Shown here piece by piece: positions 1 through 9,653 of a stretch of 64,000 nt of DNA. Where the stretch lies: NCBI GenBank assembly GCA_046292385.1, contig JBKBRF010000023.1, positions 32,001 to 96,000 on the forward strand, written 5' to 3'. The first letter of the stretch is position 1; the number at the start of each line of letters is the position of its first letter. The notes below the pieces were generated by a model, which was given only the letters and a program-made list of their open reading frames with translations, was not told where the DNA came from and searched no databases. The stretch is from Armatimonadota bacterium. GTDB lineage: Bacteria; Armatimonadota; SYMT01. Both the position numbers and the translations under genes were made by a program.

Positions 1-282
1 GACATCACCCGCGGCCTGCGCGGCGACTGGGACACGCGCGGCGAGTCGGTCGGCTTCCTGAAGCTCGACGCGGACGGCGCGCGCGCGCTGCGCCGGCTGC
101 TGGAAGAGGCGATTGCCCGCGGCGAGGACGGCGGCGAGCACGAGGAGCTCTACCCCGCGCTGATGCGGGAGTGCGTGATCGGCTTCGAGACGGCGGACGA
201 CTTCCCGTGGCTGGAGATCGACTTCCCGGAAGACGTAGAGCGCGCCCGGGAGTTGGTGGCGGGTGAGGGGCAGCGTTCGTGA
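1..282 (+). CDS. NTP-transferase / phosphocholine cytidylyltransferase (LicC-like), C-terminal part, truncated by window start
   Basis: Frame 1 is open from base 1 (DITRGLRGDW...GESVGFLKL...FPWLEIDFPEDVERA). WxEIDxxED is typical of this family's C-terminus. The stop overlaps the next start (GTGA). Confidence 0.75.
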   Translation, partial: DITRGLRGDWDTRGESVGFLKLDADGARALRRLLEEAIARGEDGGEHEELYPALMRECVIGFETADDFPWLEIDFPEDVERARELVAGEGQRS

Positions 283-1556
283 TTAGAGCCTGGATCTTCG
301 ACACCGATCTCCCCTTCCTGCCCGCCGGCGCCGCCGCCTCCACCGTCCCGCCCGAGACCCGGATGGCCGGGCTCACGCTGCTGCGGCGGATGATCCTGAT
401 GGCGCGCCACGAAGGCGCGGAGCAGGTGACGGTGATTGCGCGCGATGAGACCGCGCGGCAGTGCTGGGTCGCGTCGGAAGGGCATCACCCCGTCGCGATC
501 GCCAGCGTGACCGACGCCGCGTCGGCGCCGCTGGACGAGGACGACCAGGTCCTGCTCCTCTCCACCCACCTGCTCCCGGAGCGCGGTCTGCTGCGCCGGA
601 TCCTCGGCGAGGCTCGAGAGCGGGAGATGCCGGTTTCCGCCGCTCCCGAGGAAGGCGGCGCGTGCGGACCCGCGCTCGTTCCCGCCGGGTGGCTCCTCCC
701 CGCCCTGCGCGCCGGCGCTGCTCCCGCCGAGGCGGCCCGGCAGGCGCTCCGGTCCGGGAGACTCGTCCCGCTGGAGGTGAACCCGGGAGCGGTCCGCCAC
801 CTCACCTCCCCCGAGGCGGTGCGCGCGGCCGATCGGAGCCTCTACGAAGGGCTCACTTCGGTGGCGGACGGCTACATCGACCGCACCTTCAACCGCCGCC
901 TCTCGAAGTGGTTCACCCGCGCGATCATCAACCTGCCGATCACGCCGAACGCCGTCACCGGCCTTCACTTCTCCCTCGGGCTGGTGGCGGCGTGGCTCTT
1001 CGGAACCGGCGAGTACTGGCAGCAGGCGCTCGGCGCGGTGCTGCTGCAGCTTGCGGTGGCGCTCGACTGCTCCGACGGGGAGGTCGCGCGCCTGAAGTAC
1101 CAGTTCAGCAAGGCGGGCGGCTGGCTCGACGTCTGGGCGGACGTGCTGGTCACCATCGCGGTGTTCATCGGCGTGGCGAAGTCGGCCACGGGCATCCTCG
1201 GCACTTCCACGGCGCTCACCCTGGGCGCGCTGGCAGCCAGCGGCGTGCTGATGTGCATCGTCGTGATCTACTCGCTCGCGCAGGTGCAGTCGCGCCGCGG
1301 AGAGGCGGCCCGGCTCGCCGCCACCAGCCGACTCGGCTCCGGCACCGCGCCCGCCGCCGGGGGGAACGCGCTGATCGACGCCGTGATGAACGAGGCGACC
1401 TCTCGCGACTTCACGGTGCTGATCGTCGGCTGCGCGCTGATCGGCCGCCTGGAATGGATCGCCTGGATGGCCGGCGTCGGCTCCCACCTCTTCTGGATGG
1501 TCTTCGCCGCCATCCAGCTCGCCCTCTTCCGCACCGCTCGCACGGAGCCGCGATAG
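279..1556 (+). CDS. CDP-alcohol phosphatidyltransferase with N-terminal NTP-transferase-like domain
   Basis: Signature DCSDGEVAR-x8-G-x3-D-x3-D and several C-terminal TM helices. Confidence 0.85.
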   Translation: MIRAWIFDTDLPFLPAGAAASTVPPETRMAGLTLLRRMILMARHEGAEQVTVIARDETARQCWVASEGHHPVAIASVTDAASAPLDEDDQVLLLSTHLLPERGLLRRILGEAREREMPVSAAPEEGGACGPALVPAGWLLPALRAGAAPAEAARQALRSGRLVPLEVNPGAVRHLTSPEAVRAADRSLYEGLTSVADGYIDRTFNRRLSKWFTRAIINLPITPNAVTGLHFSLGLVAAWLFGTGEYWQQALGAVLLQLAVALDCSDGEVARLKYQFSKAGGWLDVWADVLVTIAVFIGVAKSATGILGTSTALTLGALAASGVLMCIVVIYSLAQVQSRRGEAARLAATSRLGSGTAPAAGGNALIDAVMNEATSRDFTVLIVGCALIGRLEWIAWMAGVGSHLFWMVFAAIQLALFRTARTEPR

Positions 1557-1562
1557 CCAGTT

Positions 1563-1717
1563 CCGAACGAACGCGAAGGCGCGAAGTTCACGCGAAGGAC
1601 GCGAAGGAAAGCCCGTGGAGAAACCCGAAGCGCTGCGTCAGCATCCGGTTTCCGCGGCAGCGTTTACCCAATCCCTTTCGCGTTCTTCCTTCCCTTCGCG
1701 CCTTCGCGTTCGTTCGG
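1563..1717. repeat. 24-bp perfect inverted repeat (CCGAACGAACGCGAAGGCGCGAAG), REP-like
   Basis: Arms at 1563-1586 and 1694-1717, between convergent genes. A third copy is at 57207-57230. Confidence 0.85.
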
Positions 1718-1753
1718 GAGTGCCTTCGCGTTCGCTCGGAAGCGCCTTTGCGT

Positions 1754-2578
1754 TCAGCGGCGCTTCTTCTTCAGCAGGCCCTTGATGCCGAAGTAGGCGA
1801 AGGCGTCCTTCAGGTTGGAGAAGATCCGCTGGAAGCGGCCCATCTCCTGGTTGGTGACGTACTCCAGGGTGAGCACGATCCGCTCCTCGCCCGCGGCGAG
1901 CGGCGTGACGGCGTGCCAGAGCTTGTCGCCGTTGAAGACCACTAGCGAGCCGGGCTCGGTCGCCAGGCGCACCTCCTCGGTCTCCCGGTGGGGGTCGTCC
2001 TTGTAGAGCTGGCAGACCAGCCGGCACGAGGGGGAGCGCTCGACGATGCCGAGCAGCACCGTGTAGCGGGCGCCCTTGTAGTAGGACGTGTCGTAGTGGA
2101 AGCCGATGTGGTCTCCCGGCTCCGTGTAGTAGTAGAGAGCGCAGGAATGCGGATCGTCCTCGGGACAGGTCATCAGCTCGGCGCCGACAAGCCGGCTCAG
2201 GAAGTCGATGAACGCCGGGGACCGGTAGAGCTCGATGTATGCCGGCGCGTGCTCCTGGAGCTGGTAGTAGCTGACGCTGCCGCCCTTCTTGTGCCCGGGG
2301 ATGAAGTTGCGGTTCATCTCCGAGCGCAGGCGCTGCGCCGCCGGCACCAGCTCCGCCTCCACCGCGTCTCGCGGCAGGAACGGGTCGAGAAAGAGGCACT
2401 CGTTCTGGTCCCAGTAAGTCTTCCGCACCTCCTCGAAGCTCCGCGCCGCCACCGCCGAACGGACCGCCTCCTCCAGGCCGGTAGAACTGGGTGCGTTAGC
2501 GGAAAGTCGGGATTCGGGGGCGATCATCCTCAAGGCTCCTGCGGCGGCACGGCGGTCCGGAAAGGCGACCCGGTACAC
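1754..2578 (-). CDS. 2OG-Fe(II) oxygenase family protein
   Basis: HYD...H facial triad (GFHYDTS, LWHAVTP) followed by R in the distal beta-strand. Confidence 0.8.
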   Translation of the reverse strand: MYRVAFPDRRAAAGALRMIAPESRLSANAPSSTGLEEAVRSAVAARSFEEVRKTYWDQNECLFLDPFLPRDAVEAELVPAAQRLRSEMNRNFIPGHKKGGSVSYYQLQEHAPAYIELYRSPAFIDFLSRLVGAELMTCPEDDPHSCALYYYTEPGDHIGFHYDTSYYKGARYTVLLGIVERSPSCRLVCQLYKDDPHRETEEVRLATEPGSLVVFNGDKLWHAVTPLAAGEERIVLTLEYVTNQEMGRFQRIFSNLKDAFAYFGIKGLLKKKRR

Positions 2579-2682
2579 GCACCGGACCTCTTCGCCCCTT
2601 CAGCCCGCTTCCCCTTCCACGAGACCGATACCGGTTCTCGCGGCTCGGGCTCCAGGGAGGCGGCTGACGTCTGCGGTTACTC

Positions 2683-2870
2683 GGAACCCGAGGCGTCCGG
2701 AGGCGCAGCCGGAGCGTGAGACGCTTGTCCCCCGCACGGGGGAGCCGCGGAGGGTAAACGCCGGGTGAGGGCCGACACCCGGCATCAGGGGGCGCAGGGG
2801 TCGGACTCGCGATAACGGTACACCACCGTGAGAGACGGCAACCGACCTCGGCCGAAGGGCACGGGGTCGG
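2683..2870 (+). ncRNA. Structured element family, copy A (short or internally deleted form)
   Basis: Shares GGAACCCG..GCGTCCGGAGGCGC, GGAGCGTGA, GCTTGTCCCCCG..CGGGGG, GAGGGCCG and GGGGTCGG with copy B, and the 3' motif CGT.AGA.ACGGCAACC with copy E. Confidence 0.65.
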
Positions 2871-2917
2871 CCCCGCGGTTTCAACGCTGCTCAACGACAA
2901 CCAAACCCCACCCCCTG

Positions 2918-4498
2918 ATGTCCCACTACGACACCATCATCGTCGGCGCCGGCCATAACGGCCTCGTCTGCGCCGCCTACCTGGCGCGGGCCGGCCGCCG
3001 CGTCCTCGTGCTGGAGCGGCGAGAGGTAATCGGCGGCGCCTGCGTGACGGAGGAGCTCTGGCCGGGCTTCAAGGTCTCCACCGCTTCCTACGTCAACAGC
3101 CTGCTGCGGCCGGAGATCATCCGCGAGCTGGAGCTGAAGCGGCACGGATTCCAGATGCTGCCGCGGAACCCGTCGTCGTTCACCCCGTTTCCGGACGGCC
3201 GCTCCCTGCTCCTGGGCCCGGATGCCGCGGCGAACCACCGGGAGGTGAGCAAGTTCTCCGCGCGCGACGCCGACGCGCTGCCCCGCTACGAGCGGATGCT
3301 GGAGCGGGTGGCCGACCTGGTCGAGCCGACGCTGATGGAGCCGCCGCCCGACCCGTGGTCCGGCCGTCCCGCCGACCTCCTCCGGCTGGCGCGCCTTGCC
3401 TGGAAGCTCTCCCGGATGGGCGCCGACGGCCCCCGCGCGCTCGAGGTGCTCACCGGCGCCGCGCGGGAGATCCTGGACCGCTGGTTCGAGTCGGAGGAGC
3501 TGAAGGCGACCCTCGCCACCGACGCCGTGATCGGCGCGATGGCGGCCCCGTCGATGCCCGGAACCGCCTACGTCCTCTTCCACCACGTGATGGGCGAGTG
3601 CGACGGCGCGCGCGGCGTGTGGGGATACGTCCGCGGCGGGATGGGCGGCATCACGCAGGCGCTCGCCTCCGCGGCGCGGGCCCACGGCGCCGAGATCCGC
3701 ACGAACGCGCCCGTGGCGCGGATCCGGGTCCGCGGTGGCCGCGCGGACGGCGTGGTGCTGGAAGACGGCACCGAGATCGCCGCCGACCGCGTCGCCTCCA
3801 ACGCCGATGCCCACGTCACCTTCGTGAAGCTGACCGACCCCGCGGAGCTGCCGCCCGAGTTCCTCCAGGCGGTGCGCGGAATCGACTACACCAGCCCCTC
3901 GCTCAAGATCAACCTGGCGCTCAGCGAGGTGCCGGACTTCACCGCGCTGCCTGGCCGGGTGCCCGGTCCGCAGCACCGGGGCACGATCCACCTCTGCCCC
4001 ACGCTCGACACGATCGAGCGCGCCTACGACGACGCGAAGTACGGCCGCCCTTCCTCGACGCCGATCCTCGAGTGCACGCTTCCGAGCGCCGTCGACGACA
4101 CCCTGGCCCCTCCCGGGCAGCACGTGATGTCGATGTTCGTCCAGTATGCCCCCACGAATCTCCGCGAGGGCTCCTGGGACGACGTGAAGGAGGCGTTCGC
4201 CGACCGCTGCTTCGAGATCATGGACCAGTACGCGCCAAACTTCAGCCGGTCCGTGCTGCACCGGGAGGTGCTCTCGCCTCTCGATATCGAGCGCCGCTAC
4301 GCGCTCACCGGCGGCAACATCTTCCAGGGCGCGATGACGCTGAGCCAGCTCTTCTTCCTGCGTCCGGTCGCCGGCTACGCGCAGTACCGCACCCCCATTC
4401 GCGGTCTCTATCTCTGCGGAGCGGCCGCGCATCCCGGCGGGGGCGTGATGGGCGCCTGCGGCTACAACGCCGCGCGGGTGATCCTCCGCGACCGCTGA
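2918..4498 (+). CDS. FAD-dependent oxidoreductase, phytoene dehydrogenase-like (COG1233)
   Basis: N-terminal IVGAGHNGL Rossmann motif and C-terminal GLYLCGAAAHPGGGVMG. Confidence 0.9.
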   Translation: MSHYDTIIVGAGHNGLVCAAYLARAGRRVLVLERREVIGGACVTEELWPGFKVSTASYVNSLLRPEIIRELELKRHGFQMLPRNPSSFTPFPDGRSLLLGPDAAANHREVSKFSARDADALPRYERMLERVADLVEPTLMEPPPDPWSGRPADLLRLARLAWKLSRMGADGPRALEVLTGAAREILDRWFESEELKATLATDAVIGAMAAPSMPGTAYVLFHHVMGECDGARGVWGYVRGGMGGITQALASAARAHGAEIRTNAPVARIRVRGGRADGVVLEDGTEIAADRVASNADAHVTFVKLTDPAELPPEFLQAVRGIDYTSPSLKINLALSEVPDFTALPGRVPGPQHRGTIHLCPTLDTIERAYDDAKYGRPSSTPILECTLPSAVDDTLAPPGQHVMSMFVQYAPTNLREGSWDDVKEAFADRCFEIMDQYAPNFSRSVLHREVLSPLDIERRYALTGGNIFQGAMTLSQLFFLRPVAGYAQYRTPIRGLYLCGAAAHPGGGVMGACGYNAARVILRDR

Positions 4499-4516
4499 GC
4501 CCGGTGGAGGATCGCG

Positions 4517-5248
4517 ATGCCCGACCTCTCCCCAGCCACCCGCGCCGCCGTCGAAGGTTATTGGGCGAGCTTCCTCGGTCTCCCCGCCTCCACCTGGTGC
4601 CACAGTGGGGTCCGCGTGGTGCGGCACGGGCCCGAGCTGGCGGACTATCGGGGCGTCTACTCGCTGCTGGTGCCGGGTCTGGCGATCCTCTCCGCTCCCG
4701 CGTCTCGACTGTCGCAGGTGGAGCGCCTGGCCGCTCGCGCGTCGCCGGAGTCCCTGCGCGACTCGACCTTCTGGAGCGACGCGCTGCAGGTCCCGCTAGC
4801 ACGCGTGATCGGTCCCGCCGTCCTCGGGTACGCGGACGCCGAGCACCTCCGCGAGCTCCCCGGTGACGCAAGGCTTCTGGACGCTTCCGACTTCCCGGCC
4901 GCGCAGGCACTGCGCGAAGTGTGCCCGCCACAGGAGTGGGCCCATGGCGGCAGCGACCCCGCGGAAGTGCCGGCCGCCGGCGTCTTCCGCGGAGACACGC
5001 TGGCAGCGCTGGCCGGGTACGAGGTCTGGGGGAACGTCCTCGCGCACCTCTGCGTCGTCACCCACCCGGGATACCGGGGCCGGGGTCTCGGGCGGCAGGC
5101 GGTGAGCCGGATCGCGCTCCACGCGCTGGGGCTCGGCTTCGTCCCGCAGTACCGCACACTCGAATCGAACCGCGCCTCGATGGCGATCGGAAAGGCGCTC
5201 GGGTTCCGTACCTGGGGCCGCAGCATCGCAGTGCGTCTACCGCCCTGA
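4517..5248 (+). CDS. GNAT family N-acetyltransferase
   Basis: Acetyl-CoA motif VVTHPGYRGRGLG and C-terminal N..S....KALGF. Confidence 0.85.
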   Translation: MPDLSPATRAAVEGYWASFLGLPASTWCHSGVRVVRHGPELADYRGVYSLLVPGLAILSAPASRLSQVERLAARASPESLRDSTFWSDALQVPLARVIGPAVLGYADAEHLRELPGDARLLDASDFPAAQALREVCPPQEWAHGGSDPAEVPAAGVFRGDTLAALAGYEVWGNVLAHLCVVTHPGYRGRGLGRQAVSRIALHALGLGFVPQYRTLESNRASMAIGKALGFRTWGRSIAVRLPP

Positions 5249-5300
5249 TAGGGCCGAGCTTCCCCAGGCCTGAAGAGAGAGCTCGCGGCCTGGGTCAGAA

Positions 5301-5330
5301 TTCATCCCTCATCCCTCATCCCTCATCCCT
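5301..5330 (+). repeat. Heptamer tandem repeat (CATCCCT)x4
   Basis: ttcatccctcatccctcatccctcatccct read directly. Confidence 0.9.
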
Positions 5331-5396
5331 CAGAACCGGGCATCCTGATCTCAGAGGCGGGATGGAGCGCCTCCGTAGTGGAGAGGGGAAAGCGGT

Positions 5397-5810
5397 ATGA
5401 CACCCCCGACAGGGAGCCTCGGATGGTGGTGCGGAGCGGAGACGCCTCCGCTGCTGCCGGGAGAGTGGGCGTTTCGGATCGATGCGGGGTGCCCTGCCGC
5501 CGTCTCACCCCTCAACCCCCGGGGCATTCCCACGTTGGCGCCGTTCCAGAGCAGCCCGTGGTCCGCCGAGATCAGCCTCGATGACGTAGTCGGGATACCG
5601 TCGGGCGCGCGGGTCGTCCTTTCCCTCACCGGGCCCGGCTTCGAGCACCGGCTGCGCGGCCGGGTCGATACCGTCCACGAGGGAGCTTCCGGACCGGTCG
5701 CCGTCATCTCCGGCACCACCTGGGAGCCGCTCGGGATCCCGAGCCCGATGCACGCGGGCGACGATGGCGTGCGGCTCCGGCTGGAGCGTTGGATCGGTGA
5801 ATCGCTGTGA
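5397..5810 (+). CDS. Hypothetical protein
   Basis: Purine-rich RBS and GTGA overlap with the next ORF. Confidence 0.55.
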   Translation: MTPPTGSLGWWCGAETPPLLPGEWAFRIDAGCPAAVSPLNPRGIPTLAPFQSSPWSAEISLDDVVGIPSGARVVLSLTGPGFEHRLRGRVDTVHEGASGPVAVISGTTWEPLGIPSPMHAGDDGVRLRLERWIGESL

Positions 5811-6193
5811 GTGTCGAGACGACGAGCACCACGACGATCGAGTCGCTGACGCGTCGACTGGCGCTCTACGAGGAGCTGCAGGGCCAGGTCCGCCAGGCCG
5901 AATCGCTCGCGCAGCGGATCCGCCACCACCTGGGAGCCGCCCGCCGCGACTACCCTGGCCTGCCGCTGATGGAGCCGATCCGCGAACTGGAGATGCTGAA
6001 GCAGCTCCTGCGCAGCGCGGACCTGATGCTGGCGGACCTGATGGCGCTCGACAGCGCCACGCCGGGCGTTGATGCGCACGCCGCGGAGCCGCTGACCGGC
6101 CCGGCGGCGGCGCAGCGCGCGTCGGAAGAGCAGCGGAGCCGCACCCTCCGCATGCTCCGACACCTCGCCGAAGAGTCGCGATCGGGGGGCTGA
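5807..6193 (+). CDS. Hypothetical helical protein
   Basis: High GC3 codon pattern and translational coupling to the upstream ORF. Confidence 0.65.
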   Translation: MSVETTSTTTIESLTRRLALYEELQGQVRQAESLAQRIRHHLGAARRDYPGLPLMEPIRELEMLKQLLRSADLMLADLMALDSATPGVDAHAAEPLTGPAAAQRASEEQRSRTLRMLRHLAEESRSGG

Positions 6194-6275
6194 TCGAAAG
6201 CCAATACGGCGAGGTGGCGGCGAGGTGTATTCCTCAAAAGTGAACGGCATCCGTGCGAAACGCCACCATGCTCGC

Positions 6276-7940
6276 ATGTCACGCCGTGTCTCCACCCTCA
6301 ACCGCAGGCGGCTGCTTCAGGCTCTGCCCGGGGCCGCAGCCTCCATGGCCGTTCTCCCGGCGTGGGCAGGCATTAGGAACGAAAGGAGCAGGTTCGATCT
6401 CTCCGCCTCCGGGCATTCGCTGGGGGAAGTCCTGGCGGCACTCGGTCGCGCTTCCGGGGTCACCCTGACCGCTTCTGCCGGGATCGCGGAGGAGCGGATT
6501 GGCCTGCAGCTCCGCGGTCAGCCGCTCCCCCAGCTCATGCGGAGCGTCGCCCGGCTCTTCGGCTACACGTGGAAGGAGAGCTCGTCGGGCGAGCTCCGGC
6601 AGTACCGCCTGGAGCCGACGCGGCGGACCCGCGGCCTGGAGGCTTATCTGCGGCGCATCCAGCTCCGCGACGGCCTGCCGGAGCTGCGTCAGAGCGCCCT
6701 CCGATCGCTCGACGCGCTGAATGGCTCCCCCTTCACCCGTCAGGAAGCTACGGAGCACCACTTCGGCGACTCTGCCCGAGCAGGCCTCTTCCTTTCCGCG
6801 CTCACGGAGGCGCAGGCGGAGGCCATGCTTCACCGTGGATCGCTCCAGCTCGCGCCGACCCAGCTCTCCCCGCTGCAGCGAGAGCTGCTCCAGGAGTACG
6901 TGCGGGTCTGCCTGGCCCGGAACCTCGACCTCACCCCGGAGGAGCGGGAGCGGCAGATCGAACGGCTCGCAGTCGAGGGGCTGGGTACCCGCAGTGTGTT
7001 TCTTCGTGCTGCACCGACTCGCCACGGCGTCGAGCTGGCGATGCACGTTCCTGACAGTGGGCAAGAGACGGTGGCTCTCCGCTCGAGCCGCCTGGAGTGG
7101 CCCCCGGGCCTTTGCCCCTACGACTACGCCGAGCCTGCCCACCAGGAGCGGGCAAGACCCGTTCGGACCGGAGGGGCGGTCCATGCTGAAGTGCCGGGCG
7201 ACTGGTCGGAAGTAGTGGTCCTGATCGCGCGGCTCTTCGGCAAGCCGGTCCTCTGTGACTGGCTGACCAGCGACCCGTACACCGCGGTACTCCGCTCGAA
7301 GGCGCGGGGAGCCTACCAGGCGCCGGACCGCGAGGCGTTTCTCACCGCACTCTGCGAGCGGTGGCTGATGCTCTGGTGGGAGGACGAGGAGGCCCTCTAC
7401 CTGCAAGACCGTGCCTGGTATCTCGCCAGATTGCAGGAGCCGCCGCTCTCCGTCCGTCGACGCCTGGAGCTGGACGTGCGCTCCGGCCGCCTCCGACGCG
7501 CCACCCTCGACGCCCTGGCCGATCTCCCACGGCCTCAGCTCCGCACCCTGGTGGAGCAGATGGAGGCGGAAGAGCTCTTCGCGGTCAGCGAGAGCGGACT
7601 GGCTGACTGGCTCTCCATCTACCGCCTGGGGAGTCTTGCGCAGAGAGAAGCAGTGCTCCGACAGGGCATCGGCCCGCACCAGCTCACTCCGAGCCAATGG
7701 CAGCTCCTGCGCGCCCTACCTCCGGACAGCATCTTCTATCCGGCGGGCGAGGTGCCTCCGGACCGATGGGTATTCCGGCTCACCCAGAATCCCGAGCCTC
7801 CCGACACGGACGAACATGGGAAGCGGGCTCATCTTCGCATTACCTGCTCCGCGGGGGGCGAGGCGGTGGTGATCAGGGTCTTTCGCACGTCAGCGCGCCC
7901 CTTGAACCCAGCGCTGGTCTGCAGACTCTCCGGCGAGTAA
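6276..7940 (+). CDS. Hypothetical exported protein with Tat-like signal and STN-like N-terminal domain
   Basis: RRRLL..hydrophobic..AWA leader, then SLGEVLAALGRASGVTL...LMRSVARLFGYTW, which resembles an STN domain. Start chosen by inspection. Confidence 0.6.
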   Translation: MSRRVSTLNRRRLLQALPGAAASMAVLPAWAGIRNERSRFDLSASGHSLGEVLAALGRASGVTLTASAGIAEERIGLQLRGQPLPQLMRSVARLFGYTWKESSSGELRQYRLEPTRRTRGLEAYLRRIQLRDGLPELRQSALRSLDALNGSPFTRQEATEHHFGDSARAGLFLSALTEAQAEAMLHRGSLQLAPTQLSPLQRELLQEYVRVCLARNLDLTPEERERQIERLAVEGLGTRSVFLRAAPTRHGVELAMHVPDSGQETVALRSSRLEWPPGLCPYDYAEPAHQERARPVRTGGAVHAEVPGDWSEVVVLIARLFGKPVLCDWLTSDPYTAVLRSKARGAYQAPDREAFLTALCERWLMLWWEDEEALYLQDRAWYLARLQEPPLSVRRRLELDVRSGRLRRATLDALADLPRPQLRTLVEQMEAEELFAVSESGLADWLSIYRLGSLAQREAVLRQGIGPHQLTPSQWQLLRALPPDSIFYPAGEVPPDRWVFRLTQNPEPPDTDEHGKRAHLRITCSAGGEAVVIRVFRTSARPLNPALVCRLSGE

Positions 7941-8039
7941 AGACCCTTGCTCGGCGTGCCGAGAGGTCGTCTCCAGGGCTGCCGTTCGGCCGCGTAGACC
8001 CACAGACGACCTCTCGATCGGCGGAGTACACCGCTGAGC

Positions 8040-8225
8040 TTACTCTGCGCCGCGCGCACCCGTGCGCTCCTCGCTCCCGGCGGCTTCTTCGTCCGCGTCC
8101 GGCGGCGGCTCCCGGTGCAGCCGGCCCTCCTTGTCCTGCCACGCGTCCGCGTCCATTCCCTCCGGCGCCACCCGGTCCGGCTGGCGCTCCGTCTGCCACT
8201 CGCGGCGGCTGTCGTTCTGCTCCAC
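8040..8225 (-). CDS. Small acidic hypothetical protein
   Basis: Strong AGGAGGAG RBS before GTG at 8225, giving 61 aa. Confidence 0.55.
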   Translation of the reverse strand: MEQNDSRREWQTERQPDRVAPEGMDADAWQDKEGRLHREPPPDADEEAAGSEERTGARGAE

Positions 8226-8345
8226 GGCTCCTCCTCCTGGTCGATTGCCGGTGGTACATTCCCACCGGCACGGCATTCCACGCGCCGGCTTCGCCGTTTC
8301 GGTGGCCAGGAGTGCGGGGAAGATGCCGGGTGGGAGGAATGGGCG

Positions 8346-8783
8346 ATGTCACGCAACCGAATCGAGCAGCATCCGGACGAATACCGGGACGACCTGAACC
8401 CGAACTATACCGCCGGGGAGAACTACGGCCAGCCGACCTACGACACCCTGCCGGCTTCCGAGAATAAGGAGATCGTGGAGGCGCTGTCGTTCCTGCGGGT
8501 AGACCAGCTCCGCCAGATCCCGATCATCCAGTCCGGCGGGCGCCTGGAGCAGGGCGCGGTCTACTTCGACCTCCGCCACCCGGAGCGCGGCGAGCTGAAG
8601 GCGCTCGGCTGCATGGAGGCGGGACGGGACAACTGGTACGTCCCCAAGAGCGAGACCGACTATGAGCTCTGGAACCTGCTGATCGGAGTGGATAACTGGG
8701 ACCGCCTGGGCCGCCTCGTCCCCGAAGCGGAGAACGAGGAGGAGACGGCGCCCGCGGGAATGGGGCCCGGCGGCGGCCGGTAG
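8346..8783 (+). CDS. Hypothetical protein
   Basis: GGAGG RBS before ATG at 8346, with protein-like composition (MSRNRIEQHPDEYRDDLNPN...). Confidence 0.75.
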   Translation: MSRNRIEQHPDEYRDDLNPNYTAGENYGQPTYDTLPASENKEIVEALSFLRVDQLRQIPIIQSGGRLEQGAVYFDLRHPERGELKALGCMEAGRDNWYVPKSETDYELWNLLIGVDNWDRLGRLVPEAENEEETAPAGMGPGGGR

Positions 8784-8795
8784 AGTGACGACACG

Positions 8796-9542
8796 ATGCC
8801 GCGCCGCGGACTGACGACCGGAGAGCGGGAGGACGGCGCCGGGGCGGCGCTCCGGGGGCCGTCCTCCGAGCCTCGCGAAGAGAAACAGCCGCTCGATATC
8901 CACCGCATGCTGGAGCTGATCCGCGCGGCGGTGGAGCCGTTCCCAAAGGCGGCGCTGTTCGAGCTGGCGGACGAGGGTCACGCGACGGCCTTCGAGCAGC
9001 TCGTCGCCTGCGTCCTCTCGATCCGCACCCGGGACGAGGTGATGCTCCCGACCGCGCGCCGTCTCTTCGAGCGCGCCCGCACACCCCAAGAGCTCTCCGC
9101 GCTCGACGTCGAGGAGATCGACACCCTCATCCGCGCCTGCTCGTTCCACGAAGCGAAGGCGGCACAGCTCCGGGAGATTGCGCAGCGCGTGGTCGCGGAA
9201 CACGGCGGCGAGCTGCCGTGCGACCGGGAGGTGCTCACCGGCTTTCGCGGCGTCGGTCCCAAGTGCGCCCACCTGGTGCTCGGGATCGCCTGCGGGCAGC
9301 CGTACATCGGGGTCGACATCCACGTGCACCGCGTCACCAACCGGTGGGGCTACGTCAGCGCGACCTCCCCCGAAAGGACGATGGAGGCGCTGGAGGCCCG
9401 GCTGCCCAAAGAGTATTGGATTGAAATAAATCGACTACTCGTACCGTTCGGCAAGCAGATCTGCACCGGAACCCTACCCCGGTGCTCCACCTGCCCCGTC
9501 GAGCCGATGTGCCGGCAGGTCGGCGTCGAGCGTCACCGGTAG
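8796..9542 (+). CDS. nth: Endonuclease III (HhH-GPD, 4Fe-4S)
   Basis: HhH motif FRGVGPKCA, VDIHVHRV, and C-x6-C-x2-C-x5-C. Confidence 0.9.
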   Translation: MPRRGLTTGEREDGAGAALRGPSSEPREEKQPLDIHRMLELIRAAVEPFPKAALFELADEGHATAFEQLVACVLSIRTRDEVMLPTARRLFERARTPQELSALDVEEIDTLIRACSFHEAKAAQLREIAQRVVAEHGGELPCDREVLTGFRGVGPKCAHLVLGIACGQPYIGVDIHVHRVTNRWGYVSATSPERTMEALEARLPKEYWIEINRLLVPFGKQICTGTLPRCSTCPVEPMCRQVGVERHR

Positions 9543-9653
9543 CCGTGAGCGGGATAAGATGCGAAGGAGCTCACGCGCACGGGGATTGGCGTAGACTCCT
9601 CGTAGAGTGCGCGTTGCGTCCAGAGAGCTGCTCCTGAAGACGGAGAACGGCCG

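Noticed and set aside
1754..2578. BesD-like halogenase
   Set aside because: It has HxD, whereas Fe/2OG halogenases replace the Asp with Gly or Ala.
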